Of a stretch of DNA of 64,000 bases, positions 49,101 through 58,914 are shown piece after piece. Source of the DNA: Polyangiaceae bacterium. Lineage in GTDB: Bacteria > Myxococcota_A > Polyangia > Polyangiales > Polyangiaceae. The translations under genes and the position numbers were made by a program. The notes beneath the pieces are model-generated. The model was not told where the DNA came from. It did no database searches and worked only from the letters and a program-made list of their open reading frames with translations. Positions within the stretch are counted from its first letter, which is position 1. Each line of letters begins with the position of its first letter. The stretch covers positions 576,001-640,000 of the forward strand of contig CBDCTZ010000014.1 of the NCBI GenBank assembly GCA_965222375.1. The letters are read 5' to 3'.

Positions 49101-50711
49101 CAACAGCATCCCCACGGCTCGGGGCGCTGACCTGGCCTTGCGCCGAGCGGTCTTCACGGCGTGGTGGCTCAGGTTCAGGAACAGTTCGCGCTGAGCCCCG
49201 AAACTCACCGTCGCCTTCGGGAGCTGTGCCACGGGAATCAACCGCTCTCTGCCTTGCTCCAGAAGCAGACCCACGCGCTGTCCTGCGGCGCCAATGGTGT
49301 GCGCGAGCGCCACCCGGGCCACCGTGCGCCCCGCGGACTGCAGCAAGCTGGCCATCGCCTGACACATGGCGGCGTCGTGCTGCGTTTGGTCGGTGGGCGG
49401 CATTTCTTGCACGAATACGTATTCGCTGCGGACGTCGCGGCACGCTCGCGGTGACAATAGGGCGCGGGGGTTGAACAAGCCCGCAAGGGCATCGGCGATC
49501 TCGGGTGCCGCCGCGAGCACGACGGGGTGGCCACCGCCACTGATGGCCCGAGTCATGCCGTCAGTGGAGCGAGATAGCAGTAGCGGCTTGCGCCACGGAG
49601 TCTGACTGTCCAACTGCTCGGCGGTCATGCTGCGCATGCCGCCGACGGGGTCCGCCAAGGGAAAGTGCATCTGCTCCTTGTCGAAGGCGGGTTGGTAGGC
49701 GAGGGCGGCGGCCTGCAGCGCCACCAGGCGCCCCGGCTCACCTCCAGCAGCCACCTGCCTGGACTCCTCCGCCATCTCGTTCAGAAGTTTTTGCCGCAGG
49801 GGCCCCTTCGCGATCTTGCGAAGTCGGTTCAACACGTCCGCGAAGTTGCCGTCCCGCCGCACGTTGTCGCGGCTGAGGGTGTGGGCCAGTTTGGGGCTCT
49901 CCACTTTGAAGGACACGTGGCCGAGACCTTCGAAGTCGTCAGCTCGAGCTTCGTATAAGGTCAGGCCACATTTGTAGAAGCCGGCAAAGCCAGTTGCTTG
50001 TTCCGAGCCCTCGCCCTCCCTGCCGCGACCCGTGCCCACGACGAAGACGCTGCCCGCTTCTTCGAGCCTCACGCTCACAGCGCAATTCACCCCCAAGGGA
50101 ACGTCGATGCGTTCATGTTCGTCTTCGGCGTTGCCGCCGAAGTCCCCGGTCGTCACCCGGATCGGAACGTGCGCGTGGCGGCACCATCGGCGCAGTGCGG
50201 AAAGGCTGGCGGAGCAGTGGGCAGCGTGCTCCTCGGCGGTGGCCTTCTTCAGCAACGCCACGGTCGTGCCCGAGCCCGACCGCGCCTCCAAGCTCTCGAT
50301 TTCGTAGCTATGGTCGCTCAGCAACGTGAGGCGGTGGGCAGCTCCGTCCCGCCAGGTTTCGACGACGACCTCCTCCGGCTCGATCGCAAGCACGCTCACG
50401 AAGCCGACGCCGTACTTGCCTACCTTGGACTCATCCCCTTCCTTGGTCGAGGAGAAGAGCGTCAGCAGGTTGTTCTGCAGGACATCCAGACTCATCCCCT
50501 GGCCCGAATCCGTGATTGCCGACCGTGAGATGCCGTCGGCCCCACGGAAGATCGTGACGTCGACGGACTGAGAGCCCGCGTCGATCGCGTTCTGAACCAA
50601 CTCTCGGTACAGCGCATAGGGATCGGCGAACTGGCGCACGATGTCCGCAACGAACCCTGTCTGGGGTGCTTCTTTCTTCTTCGCAGAGTCGCTCTTGCTG
50701 CGGTAGGGCAC
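48744..50711 (-). CDS. GHKL/Hsp90-like ATPase domain protein, C-terminus apparently disrupted near 49100
   Basis: Bergerat motifs RELVQNAIDA, DSGQGM, GKYGVGF; TLSRDNV; sequence after ...AVGMLL reads as off-frame. Confidence 0.8.
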   Translation of the reverse strand: MPYRSKSDSAKKKEAPQTGFVADIVRQFADPYALYRELVQNAIDAGSQSVDVTIFRGADGISRSAITDSGQGMSLDVLQNNLLTLFSSTKEGDESKVGKYGVGFVSVLAIEPEEVVVETWRDGAAHRLTLLSDHSYEIESLEARSGSGTTVALLKKATAEEHAAHCSASLSALRRWCRHAHVPIRVTTGDFGGNAEDEHERIDVPLGVNCAVSVRLEEAGSVFVVGTGRGREGEGSEQATGFAGFYKCGLTLYEARADDFEGLGHVSFKVESPKLAHTLSRDNVRRDGNFADVLNRLRKIAKGPLRQKLLNEMAEESRQVAAGGEPGRLVALQAAALAYQPAFDKEQMHFPLADPVGGMRSMTAEQLDSQTPWRKPLLLSRSTDGMTRAISGGGHPVVLAAAPEIADALAGLFNPRALLSPRACRDVRSEYVFVQEMPPTDQTQHDAAMCQAMASLLQSAGRTVARVALAHTIGAAGQRVGLLLEQGRERLIPVAQLPKATVSFGAQRELFLNLSHHAVKTARRKARSAPRAVGMLLGLGSGLMDHLLASVRRNSSECTTPRAPSPCCVRLRASKLANSVRCSRPIATCSRRCRRCIPASRRRRSASTRSGRRSNNGALWRATWTSRSWRRMSLAHFRAPNAPRSHGRATAAGGR

Positions 50712-50715
50712 GGGT

Positions 50716-52200
50716 TCAGTCGTTGATTGCGTCAGAAGACGCTGGGGGCGTTGATGCAGCGTTCCAAGTCGGCGCCGTCAGCCGACGTTTTCCTTTTGGG
50801 TCCAGGCGCACGCCAGCCTCGTCGAGGTTCTTGCGGTCCCATAGCTTGCAGGTCACGACTTTGTGCTTTTGGTCCAGCCCCTCGCAGTAGTTGGTGAACT
50901 TGCAGCGTCGGATCTCACTGCCCCGGCCCAGCCGCATCTTGCGAAACCAGTCCGGATCCGCGAGGGACTGACGTGCGGCAGCCACCACATCGGCTTGTTC
51001 TTGGCGCAGGATCCCCTCGGCTTGGTCGAAGGTGGCGATGCCGCCAGCGACGATGACCGGCGTATCCCGCCCCGCGGCCCGGAGGTGCCGGCGCACCTCG
51101 GTGGACGCCGCCAAGTTCCGGCCGAAGGGGCCGGGTGCATCCGCCAAGGTTGTGGGCATGCACTCCCATCCGCTGGGGCCCGTGTAGGGATATGCGGCAT
51201 CACCGACTTTGGGTTGCTTGGCGTCGTCGAACTTCCCGCCCCGGGACAGAGAAAGAAAATCGACGCCAGCGTTGGATAGCTCCAGGGCAATCGCCTTGGC
51301 CTCCTCGACGCCGTTGCCGCCGGCGATGCACTCATCCGCGAGGAAGCGCACGCCGACCACGAAATCCTTGGACACCGCAGCCCTCACGGTCCGGAAGACT
51401 TCCAGGGGCAGACGCAGGCGGTCTTGCAGGGCCCCTCCGTAGCCATCCTCCCGGGTGTTTGTCGCCGAGAGGAAGGAGGCCATCGTGTAGGCGTGGGCGT
51501 AGTGAAGCTCGACGCCGCCGAGGCCCGCCTTCTCGGCCCGCCTGGCCGCCGCAGCAAATAGCTCCGGAAGCACTCGAGGCAGGTCGCGAATGCGCTCGAG
51601 GTGCATATCCGTGACCCGCTCTCGGTAGCCGAACTGGAGGGACTCCAACTCCCGCGGGGTCAGTACATCCTGCAGCTGCTCCTCCGGCAATACATGCAGG
51701 CGCTCGCGGACCTTTGCCTCGTCGGAACATCGAAAGTACTCCCGATGCTGGTCCGTGACCTCCAAAAAGCGGCTGAAGTACTTGTGGGCCGGAGGGCGCC
51801 TTCGAATGTTCAAGAAATCGATCAGCTGCACGAGCAGCAGCGTCTTGCCCCCGCTTGCGGCAGCGACGCGCTGTGCAACCCGTGCCAGACCCGGGATGAA
51901 GCGATCATCTCCAAGGCGCAGCAAGGGTCCACTCGGAACGTCGCGAACGCCCGTGGCCTCGAGCACCAGCCCGCCCGGTGTGCCGCGTGCGAAGCGCTCG
52001 TACCACTCGATCACGGCATCGGTGACGTCGCCACCTTCGGTGGCACGCCAAGGAACCATGGCCGGGACCCAGGTGCGCTCGCGAAGCTCGAAGCGACCTG
52101 ACCGAATCGGTTGAAAAAGCAGAGCCCGCCCAGCCTCCTGCTCCGGGGGCCAGCGGGCGTCCAGCAAGGCGTGACGGGTGGCGTTGGGCGGGTGCCACAT
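50716..52200 (-). CDS. NADH:flavin oxidoreductase (Old Yellow Enzyme family)
   Basis: VPAMVP, GVELHYAHAY, NTREDGYGG..RLRLPLEV, ARQSLADPDW, CKFTNYC. Confidence 0.9.
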   Translation of the reverse strand: MWHPPNATRHALLDARWPPEQEAGRALLFQPIRSGRFELRERTWVPAMVPWRATEGGDVTDAVIEWYERFARGTPGGLVLEATGVRDVPSGPLLRLGDDRFIPGLARVAQRVAAASGGKTLLLVQLIDFLNIRRRPPAHKYFSRFLEVTDQHREYFRCSDEAKVRERLHVLPEEQLQDVLTPRELESLQFGYRERVTDMHLERIRDLPRVLPELFAAAARRAEKAGLGGVELHYAHAYTMASFLSATNTREDGYGGALQDRLRLPLEVFRTVRAAVSKDFVVGVRFLADECIAGGNGVEEAKAIALELSNAGVDFLSLSRGGKFDDAKQPKVGDAAYPYTGPSGWECMPTTLADAPGPFGRNLAASTEVRRHLRAAGRDTPVIVAGGIATFDQAEGILRQEQADVVAAARQSLADPDWFRKMRLGRGSEIRRCKFTNYCEGLDQKHKVVTCKLWDRKNLDEAGVRLDPKGKRRLTAPTWNAASTPPASSDAIND

Positions 52201-52216
52201 GATCGCGCGCCAGCAT

Positions 52217-52292
52217 AGCCCGTACCTTGCGCTGCGCCGAGGCCAAGGAGCCCGTACCTTGCGCTGCGCCGAGGCCTAGGAGCCCGTCCCTT
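52217..52292. repeat. Tandem repeat, 32-bp unit x ~2.4
   Basis: AGCCCGTACCTTGCGCTGCGCCGAGGCC(A/T)AGG at 52217 and 52249, partial copy at 52281. Confidence 0.9.
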
Positions 52293-52331
52293 GGCGCCCA
52301 CGGAGGGCAGGGCTAGCCTCGCGGAGTTCTC

Positions 52332-53186
52332 ATGGCCCTAACCCCGCTGCCCGAGCCCCCCGACTTGCGAGTGGGCGTCGCCCTTTCAGAAGAAGGGAAG
52401 TTGACCCTTCGTCCCACGGTGCGAGCGGCGGGGCCTACCCGCGGCGGGCTGACGGCGTTCTGCGAAGCCCTCGCGGTGGCCCTGGGCACGAAGGTGAGTC
52501 CCTTCCTATGTGACACCTATCGGGATCTCCTCTCGGAACTGCATTGGGGGACGTTGGGCTTGGCCTGGCTACCTCCGATGATTGCCCTCAAGGCGGTCAG
52601 CCGGGGTGGCGCGGTGCCCTTGGTCGCGCCGGTGCGGGGGGGCAGTGCTTGGTACTGGACCAGCCTGTATGTTCGCGAGGATAGTAAGCTGCAGTCCTTG
52701 GAGGATCTCGACCACGCCCGGGTTGCCTGGGTCGACCCCATGAGCAGTGCCGGCTATCTGGTGATCCGCGCTTCGCTTCGCGCCGAGGGCGTAGACTTGG
52801 CAAAAGCGTTCGGCGAGGAGCGCTTCTTGGGTGCTCATGACGCGGTTGCTCGAGCCGTCGAGCAGGGCGAAGTAGACGCGGGCGCAACCTACACCCACTT
52901 CGACGATTCAGGACGAGTGCGCACAGCGGGGTGGGGTCGCGCCGCGGTCCGATCCCTGAAGTTCGCCGGACCCATTCCCGGCGACGTACTCGCCGCTAGC
53001 TCGCAGCTCGCAGAGGATCTGAGAGCACAAATCGTAGAAACGTTGGCTGGGCCGGGACACACCGAAGTGAAGCGGGCGGCGACGTCCCTCTTCGACGCCA
53101 CGGGCTTCGAAGCCGTAACCCGCGATCACCTGTCGCACTTGGAGAGCTTGCTCGCCTACGTCGAACCCGAAGAAACGAAGAAGTGA
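52332..53186 (+). CDS. PhnD-like phosphate/phosphonate-binding domain protein (orphan)
   Basis: AWVDPMSSAGYL, GAHDAVARAVEQGEVDAGA, PIPGD; no signal peptide seen. Confidence 0.85.
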   Translation: MALTPLPEPPDLRVGVALSEEGKLTLRPTVRAAGPTRGGLTAFCEALAVALGTKVSPFLCDTYRDLLSELHWGTLGLAWLPPMIALKAVSRGGAVPLVAPVRGGSAWYWTSLYVREDSKLQSLEDLDHARVAWVDPMSSAGYLVIRASLRAEGVDLAKAFGEERFLGAHDAVARAVEQGEVDAGATYTHFDDSGRVRTAGWGRAAVRSLKFAGPIPGDVLAASSQLAEDLRAQIVETLAGPGHTEVKRAATSLFDATGFEAVTRDHLSHLESLLAYVEPEETKK

Positions 53187-53632
53187 TCCTCAGCCGCCCG
53201 GGCGCTCTCGCTGCCAGGTGAATCTAAACCTGTCTCCAGTCTGAGGGGGTGGTTTTGGGGAGGCAACAGAGCTGCATTGCCCCTCTCAGGTATGCTGGCG
53301 CCTCCCTGGGCCACTCGCCCGCGGAGCGCGCAGCTCGGCCCCCGCGCCCAATCGAGCACGCAGTTCCGGTCGTCTGCTCGAGTTGCCTCTCCGAACCTTG
53401 GCACCGCTTCAAACATGACCGTACCGGACTCACGAATGCCTGCGTCGTCCCGGGTGTGCTGCGCGCGCGACTTTCACGCACGCCTACATGCTGGCCTGAG
53501 CGGCGCCCGTAGCAAGCTTGCGCTGCTCCGTGTCGCCGCTGCCCACCTCCGCCCACATTGGAGCCGTCGTGGGTTCGTGTTGACCGTTGCGCAGGCGAGG
53601 CTCAAGATGCAGGTAGCATCAGGGAGGCGGAC

Positions 53633-56009
53633 ATGAAGATCGGGTGGCGGTGGATGATGCCTTTGGCAGCAATGAGCACCCACTGCTCGCACTGCTGCGC
53701 CGTGCGGAGATCGCCCCGCTGATTGGGCTGGCCCGGGCGACGAGCTGCGCTTTGCCGATGTGGTCAGCCTCGAAGATCGCTACGTGGTCACGTACCGACA
53801 CGTACTTCGTTTGGCCGACGGCCAACTCGTTCCCGTCGACAATAGCAAAGTGGTCGTCGAGATCACGCGCCAGGGTGGCAAGCTGCGCGGCATCACCTCG
53901 CACCTCAGCGTCTCCACGGCACCTGGTCCGGAGCCGACCCTGGATGCGACGGAAGCCATCATCTTCGCTGCCGAGCACTTCGAAGAGATGGAGGTGCCCA
54001 TCGACCTCAGTCTGGTGAGTGAACAGCACGCCCGGCTGACGTCCGTGCGGGTGCCTGTCAGCAACGACCTGGGTTACGCGGATCGGTTCGCCTGGGCCAT
54101 CTCCTTTCCTGCGGCACCTGGTTTTGCAGGGCACGAAGCGGTCGTGGACGGCGAAAACGGCAACATCCTGTACTTCAGCACCGAGGACCCTCTCGGGGTC
54201 ATTCCCATCGGGCTGGTGCAGCCGGCATTCCCGGTAGACCCGTTTGCGGACTTTGTCCTGTGCGGTCTGACCGAAGGGCGTGGGCTGGATCGCTTCGGCA
54301 AGCTTCGGCTGTTCTCCACGACAGCCATGCCGATCAAGGACTTCCCGGGCACGCGCACGTTCGGAACCACCTCTTGCACAGAGCTGGGTCGAGGCATTGG
54401 CCAGGACGACATCGTGACGTTTCTGCTTTCGCCGCCAGATGCTCAGGGCAACCAGACCATCCCGCTCACCAACAGAATCTGGAGCGAAGACGTTTTCACC
54501 AACGACTTCAACATCTTCGCCGACCCCTCCGCGGTCGAGACTCAGCACTGGGGCGAGAAGGTGGTGGCCTACGCCAAGAAGCTCGGTTTGGGCGAACGAA
54601 GAGCGCGCGCCCAGCGCGATGATTCCCCCATCCCGATGCGCGCGCTGATGGGGCCAAACGCGGTGTGCGTACCGACGGCTGAGTGGGCTGCCTACGTGCC
54701 GGATCCGATCGTTGCATCAATCCAGACCTCGCTTCAGGAAGCCAACGGCACCATGCTGTTCGGCGTTGGCGAGCCTGGCAAGACGGCTTCCTGGACTGGT
54801 CCCTCGGTCATCGCTCACGAGTTCTTTCACTCCGTGGTCTACGACCAGTGGCAGGTCGAGAGCACCGCGGTCAAGTCCGGAGACTGGAAGACGATTTGGG
54901 AGGGGCTCAGCGAATGCTTCGAGATGGTCTTCATCAATGCGCACAAAGACCAAATGAGCTTTGATCAGGTAGAGCCGGATCCTTTTCATCTCGCGACGGG
55001 CGTGTTCGTTTCGACCGAGGATCAGGCAGTAGGTGAACCGAATCTGGTGATACCGCGGGACAGTGCGCTCCTCGAGCGTGGAGGGTGGCGCGGTGATGTC
55101 GAAAGCAGTCGACCCAAGCACGTACGAGCGACCCTCATCAGCGGTGCCTGCCGGCTGCTCGTGAGCGGCGGCCACAATGCAGATCCCATCTACAAGAACT
55201 GGGCGGTGACGCCTGGCAAGGACATCGTTCACTCCTTGGGCTGGCCCGCTGGGGGCGGTCCCATCAATCAACAGGTTGCCTTCCAGCGCATGGAGCAGCT
55301 GTTGATTGCGACCGTGACGCGGGGCAAGGTGACGGCGGCGAGCAGCATTCACGAGCTGATCGAGGCCATGGCGCAACACGCGTCGGAGCTGGCCCTCGAG
55401 AACAAGTGGAACATCACTACGCCTGGTGCCGCCGAGCGCGTCAGGCGCGCCTTTGCGGTGATGGGCTGGGGCCGCGGCAAGGAGGACGAGCCCAATCAGC
55501 CCAACGACTTCTCCTTCGTGCTCGACAGCTCAGACGCCGCGAAAAACCTGATTGGAACCGGTCTACACTACAGCCGACCGATCACTGGGAGCGTATGCTG
55601 CACCAGCGACCCCTCGAAAGAAAAGTCGCAAGACTTTTTCGTCTTGAACGAGCGGGTCCACGGCGGCAGCACCATCCGCTGGAACCTCTCGCTGATGCCC
55701 TTCAAAGGGTCAAACACGGATCCAGGACCGGTACGGCTGCGCATCTACGTGGACAAGCCCTGCGCTTTTCCAGAGGCCACCGCGACCTCCGATAGCTGCT
55801 CCCTCAAGCAGCAGATCTACCCACAGGTCAATGGCCAGGGCCTGGTCAAACCCGACCTCGGTTCGCTGGGCAGCCAGGGCCAGGTCGTCGTGCCTGGGAA
55901 CAAGCGACACATCGTCTACGTCGGCCTTTCGCCTGCGAACGAGCCCACGCTGAGTCCCGGTGGCGGGTACACGCTCTCGGTTAGCCTGCCGGACAAGGTC
56001 TACGATTGA
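53633..56009 (+). CDS. M4 (thermolysin-like) zinc metalloprotease with propeptide and C-terminal PPC-like domain; 5' end frameshifted
   Basis: IAHEFFH (HEFFH 54816-54830), WEGLSE, KHVRATLISGACRLLVSGG and VRRAFAVMG align to thermolysin motifs. RBS GGGAGG + ATG 53633 is out of frame with the main ORF 53760-56009. Confidence 0.8.
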
Positions 56010-56605
56010 CACGTTTGCTACTCGCATCTGTGGTCGTGCTGACCTCGGTGACGAGCTGTGAGGAACGCCCTCGCCAGCCGCCTCCGCCCGTTTCGTTGCC
56101 TCCGGATGCGGAGAGCCCACCGAAGTGGGGGAACTGCTTCGCTCAGAGCGCGGCACATGGTGATCCTACCACTAGCGGTAAAACGACCAGCTACCTCATC
56201 AAATCGGGTGATGGGGCGGGGACTTTCTGTTTGGGTGAGACCAGGAAAGAACACTCTGGCTGTGAAGCGTACGAGAAACTCTGCAAGACGCGCGCCGGAC
56301 CCGTGCGAGTCGACTTGACTTTCAGCGGACCAGGTCGGATTGAAAGAATACGCGTGCACCGTCGTGGCCGATCGAGGCGCGCGAGGGGTCGAGGCATCTT
56401 GTGGATCACCGATACACACATCGCGCTCGGCAAGCCAACCACCTGGCTGCCCCGCGACTAGCCGAAACCCATTCGCAAAGAGCAAAAGAACGACGAGGAG
56501 TTTGGTCCAATCGAGATCTGGTACTTTCCGGGGCTGGAGGTGGAAATCGAATTCGACGAGAAGGGCGTGCAGGTGGTTGGCGCGCTGACGGTGGTGAAGA
56601 AATGA
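56006..56605 (+). pseudogene. Lipoprotein copy 1 with in-frame TAG at 56459-56461
   Basis: Lipobox VTSC; homology to copy 2 continues past TAG (copy 2 has TTG) to TGA 56603-56605. Confidence 0.8.
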
Positions 56606-56778
56606 CGCGCGGAGCGCCACCGAAAGCAACCGTGCTCTGTCGGAGTTGCGGAAAAGCCGAGAATTCGGTTCGATACTCGCTAGTGCGTACCGACACTGGA
56701 GAGCTCATGGCGGCCAACACCAAGCCCGCCACCCAGCACGAGCTTTCCGTCAGCTTCTCGGACGAGGTTTTCGATTGA
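56602..56778 (+). pseudogene. Orphan fragment: MTRGA start fused to a homolog of the protease C-terminal tip
   Basis: Ends HELSVSFSDEVFD* versus protease YTLSVSLPDKVYD*; same GATTGAC stop/start junction. Confidence 0.65.
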
Positions 56779-57365
56779 CGCACCTAGTGCTCGTCTTGCT
56801 GGCCGTGGTTGCCGGCTGTGAGGAGCGCCCTCGCGAGCGCACACCGCCCGTTTCTCTGCTTCCGGACGCGAGGACCCTACCGAAGTGGGGGAACTGCTTT
56901 GCTCAGAGCGAGTTCCTGGGGGACCCAAACACCAGCTCGCGTCAGCCGCGCAGCTACCTGGTGAAAGGGGGAGACGGCGCGGGAGCCTACTGTCTGGGTG
57001 AACCGCGAACGAAGTTCTCCGGTTGCGCGGACAGCAATCCCTGCAAGAGCCGCTCCTTCTGGGAACGCGTGGACCTGCACTTCGACTCCCAAGACACTGT
57101 TCGCGCCATCCGAGTCAACCGTCGAGGACGCACGGGCAATCGCGAAAAACGTGACCCTCTCTGGATTACGGATACGTTCATCAGTCTGGGTAAGCCGACC
57201 ACCTGGCTGCCCCGCGACTTGCCGAAACCCATTCGCAAAGAGCAAAAGAACGACGAGGAGTTTGGTCCAATCGAGATCTGGTACTTCCCGGGGCTGGAGG
57301 TGGAAATCGAATACGACAAAAAGGGCGTGCAGGTCGTCGGCGCGCTGACGGTGGTGAAGAAATGA
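56775..57365 (+). CDS. Lipoprotein copy 2 (intact)
   Basis: TTG start overlapping upstream TGA; lipobox VAGC; CEERPR..PKWGNCFAQS shared with copy 1. Confidence 0.8.
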   Translation: MTHLVLVLLAVVAGCEERPRERTPPVSLLPDARTLPKWGNCFAQSEFLGDPNTSSRQPRSYLVKGGDGAGAYCLGEPRTKFSGCADSNPCKSRSFWERVDLHFDSQDTVRAIRVNRRGRTGNREKRDPLWITDTFISLGKPTTWLPRDLPKPIRKEQKNDEEFGPIEIWYFPGLEVEIEYDKKGVQVVGALTVVKK

Positions 57366-58657
57366 CGCGCGGAGCGGCACTGCTCGCGCTGGTGCTGTGT
57401 GCGAGCTGCGGAATGACCGACGCGACGTCTCAGCGGCCGCCAGCCGGAATTGACGCGGGACGCGACGGTGCCAGCGACGGAACGCAGCCCGCGCCGCCCA
57501 CGGTGTGGCTCAAGCGTGTTGGCGGAGCGGGCGATGATCGGATCTTGTTCATGGACACAGAACCGCAGACCGGAGACATCTTCCTGGGGCTCAGTCTCGA
57601 AGCTCCAGCGGTTTTCGAGGGCAACGCTCTGGCTGCGGGAGACGGTGTGCTGCGGCTGGACCGCTACGGTCGATTCCTCAGCTTCTGGACGTCCGAAGAA
57701 CTCATTGGCCCTGCGCAGCAGATGTGGGCAGTTCCAAGCGGCGTCGTGCTCAATTACTGGGAGTTTCGTCTGATGTCTCCTGATGGTGATCTGCTCTGGG
57801 CTCCTCAGGGCGGCCTTGGTTGGATCGATGGCCTGTACGCGGGACCGAAGGGAACGCTCTTCGGGGGAGGCAATCACGCCAAGACCTCGACCTTCGCAGG
57901 CACGACCATTGTCGGCGCCGACGATGCCAGCAGCACGCTCTTGTTCGAGCTCGCTCCGGCGACGGGTGAACTGCTTTGGCACCAGACCTTTCCCGGTGAA
58001 CACTCCGCGAGCTTCCTGCGAACCTCCGAGGGCAAGCTCTGGATGTTCTACACGAGCGACGACTGTGCCTACGACTATTGCGATCGTACCCTCAAGCTCG
58101 CTGGCCACGACGGGAAGGGAAAGCGACTCTGGAGCAGACGCGTCAACGAGTTCATCTCCCACGGCATGGTGTCCTCGGAGCCGACCCCCGACGGCGGCGG
58201 CATCATGTCCACCTACGTCGACCTTGGGCGAGAATTGATCGTCGAACGATTCGACGCGGCGGGCAAGACCGTGTACGCGAAGTTACTCGAGTCGAAGGGC
58301 CTGCGTGACGGAGATCTTGCCGTGGACGGACGTGGCACCACCTACTTCGGGCTCTGTGTGTGGTCCTTTGTTGAAAGTGAGCCGTTCGAAGTCGTGCCGG
58401 GAACCGTCATCGGCGAGGGGCCGCTGCGCTGTGCGGCTGTCGTTCTAGATGAAACGGGCGAGATCCGAAGCGCGATCGTCCCCCGGAGCACGCGGCCTAC
58501 CTGGGGCCCTGGACTATCGATCGGAGCTGACGACCATCTCGTGTGGGTGAGCGTGTTCGACGGTGACATCGAGCTGCCCGGGTTTCCCAAACTCGAGTCC
58601 AACGGCGGCAAGGATATCTACATCGCTAGCATGAATGGCTTCGGCGACGCGCAGTGA
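57362..58657 (+). CDS. Beta-propeller lipoprotein
   Basis: Lipobox CASC; WLKRVGGAGDD, GELLW, GKRLW, SNGGKDIYIA blade motifs. Confidence 0.75.
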   Translation: MTRGAALLALVLCASCGMTDATSQRPPAGIDAGRDGASDGTQPAPPTVWLKRVGGAGDDRILFMDTEPQTGDIFLGLSLEAPAVFEGNALAAGDGVLRLDRYGRFLSFWTSEELIGPAQQMWAVPSGVVLNYWEFRLMSPDGDLLWAPQGGLGWIDGLYAGPKGTLFGGGNHAKTSTFAGTTIVGADDASSTLLFELAPATGELLWHQTFPGEHSASFLRTSEGKLWMFYTSDDCAYDYCDRTLKLAGHDGKGKRLWSRRVNEFISHGMVSSEPTPDGGGIMSTYVDLGRELIVERFDAAGKTVYAKLLESKGLRDGDLAVDGRGTTYFGLCVWSFVESEPFEVVPGTVIGEGPLRCAAVVLDETGEIRSAIVPRSTRPTWGPGLSIGADDHLVWVSVFDGDIELPGFPKLESNGGKDIYIASMNGFGDAQ

Positions 58658-58914
58658 CGGCGTAGCCAGGGCGCTTCGCCCCCTGTCGGGCCTCGCAGAA
58701 CTCTCGATGACGGGCTGATGGGCACATCCCCCAAACCAAGAATCCTAGCCACCCGCTGCAATCCTTGGACGATCTGCCACCATCCGTGGGTCGGGCGGGC
58801 TCGCTTCAGGCCGATTCCCAGAGCGGCGCGTGCGATGGTCATTCGGGCCTCCCTGCGGCCTCAGGCACTCGATCGAAAGCACTCGGCGAAGAGCGTTTCT
58901 TTCGCGCGAAAAAA

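Larger units (their letters stand above)
56429..57376 (+). repeat. Near-identical ~188-bp direct repeat (56429-56616 and 57189-57376)
   Basis: Shared GG(C/T)AAGCC...GTGAAGAAATGACGCGCGGAGCG with few substitutions. Confidence 0.92.

Noticed and set aside
52217..52292. Possible mini-CRISPR
   Set aside because: Repeats are contiguous with no spacers, and no cas genes are present
53220..53295. Structured-looking intergenic segment ending CTCTCAGG (glycine riboswitch-like word)
   Set aside because: Other conserved riboswitch elements not found; would need an Rfam cmscan hit
53277..53636. 119-aa ORF at the island's left end
   Set aside because: No RBS or recognisable domain; no recombinase motifs
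56459..56461. Pyrrolysine or programmed amber readthrough
   Set aside because: Paralog has Leu (TTG) at this site and no pyl genes are seen; nonsense mutation or error is simpler
56429..57376. Diversity-generating retroelement TR/VR pair
   Set aside because: No reverse transcriptase in the window; differences are mostly synonymous and not adenine-specific
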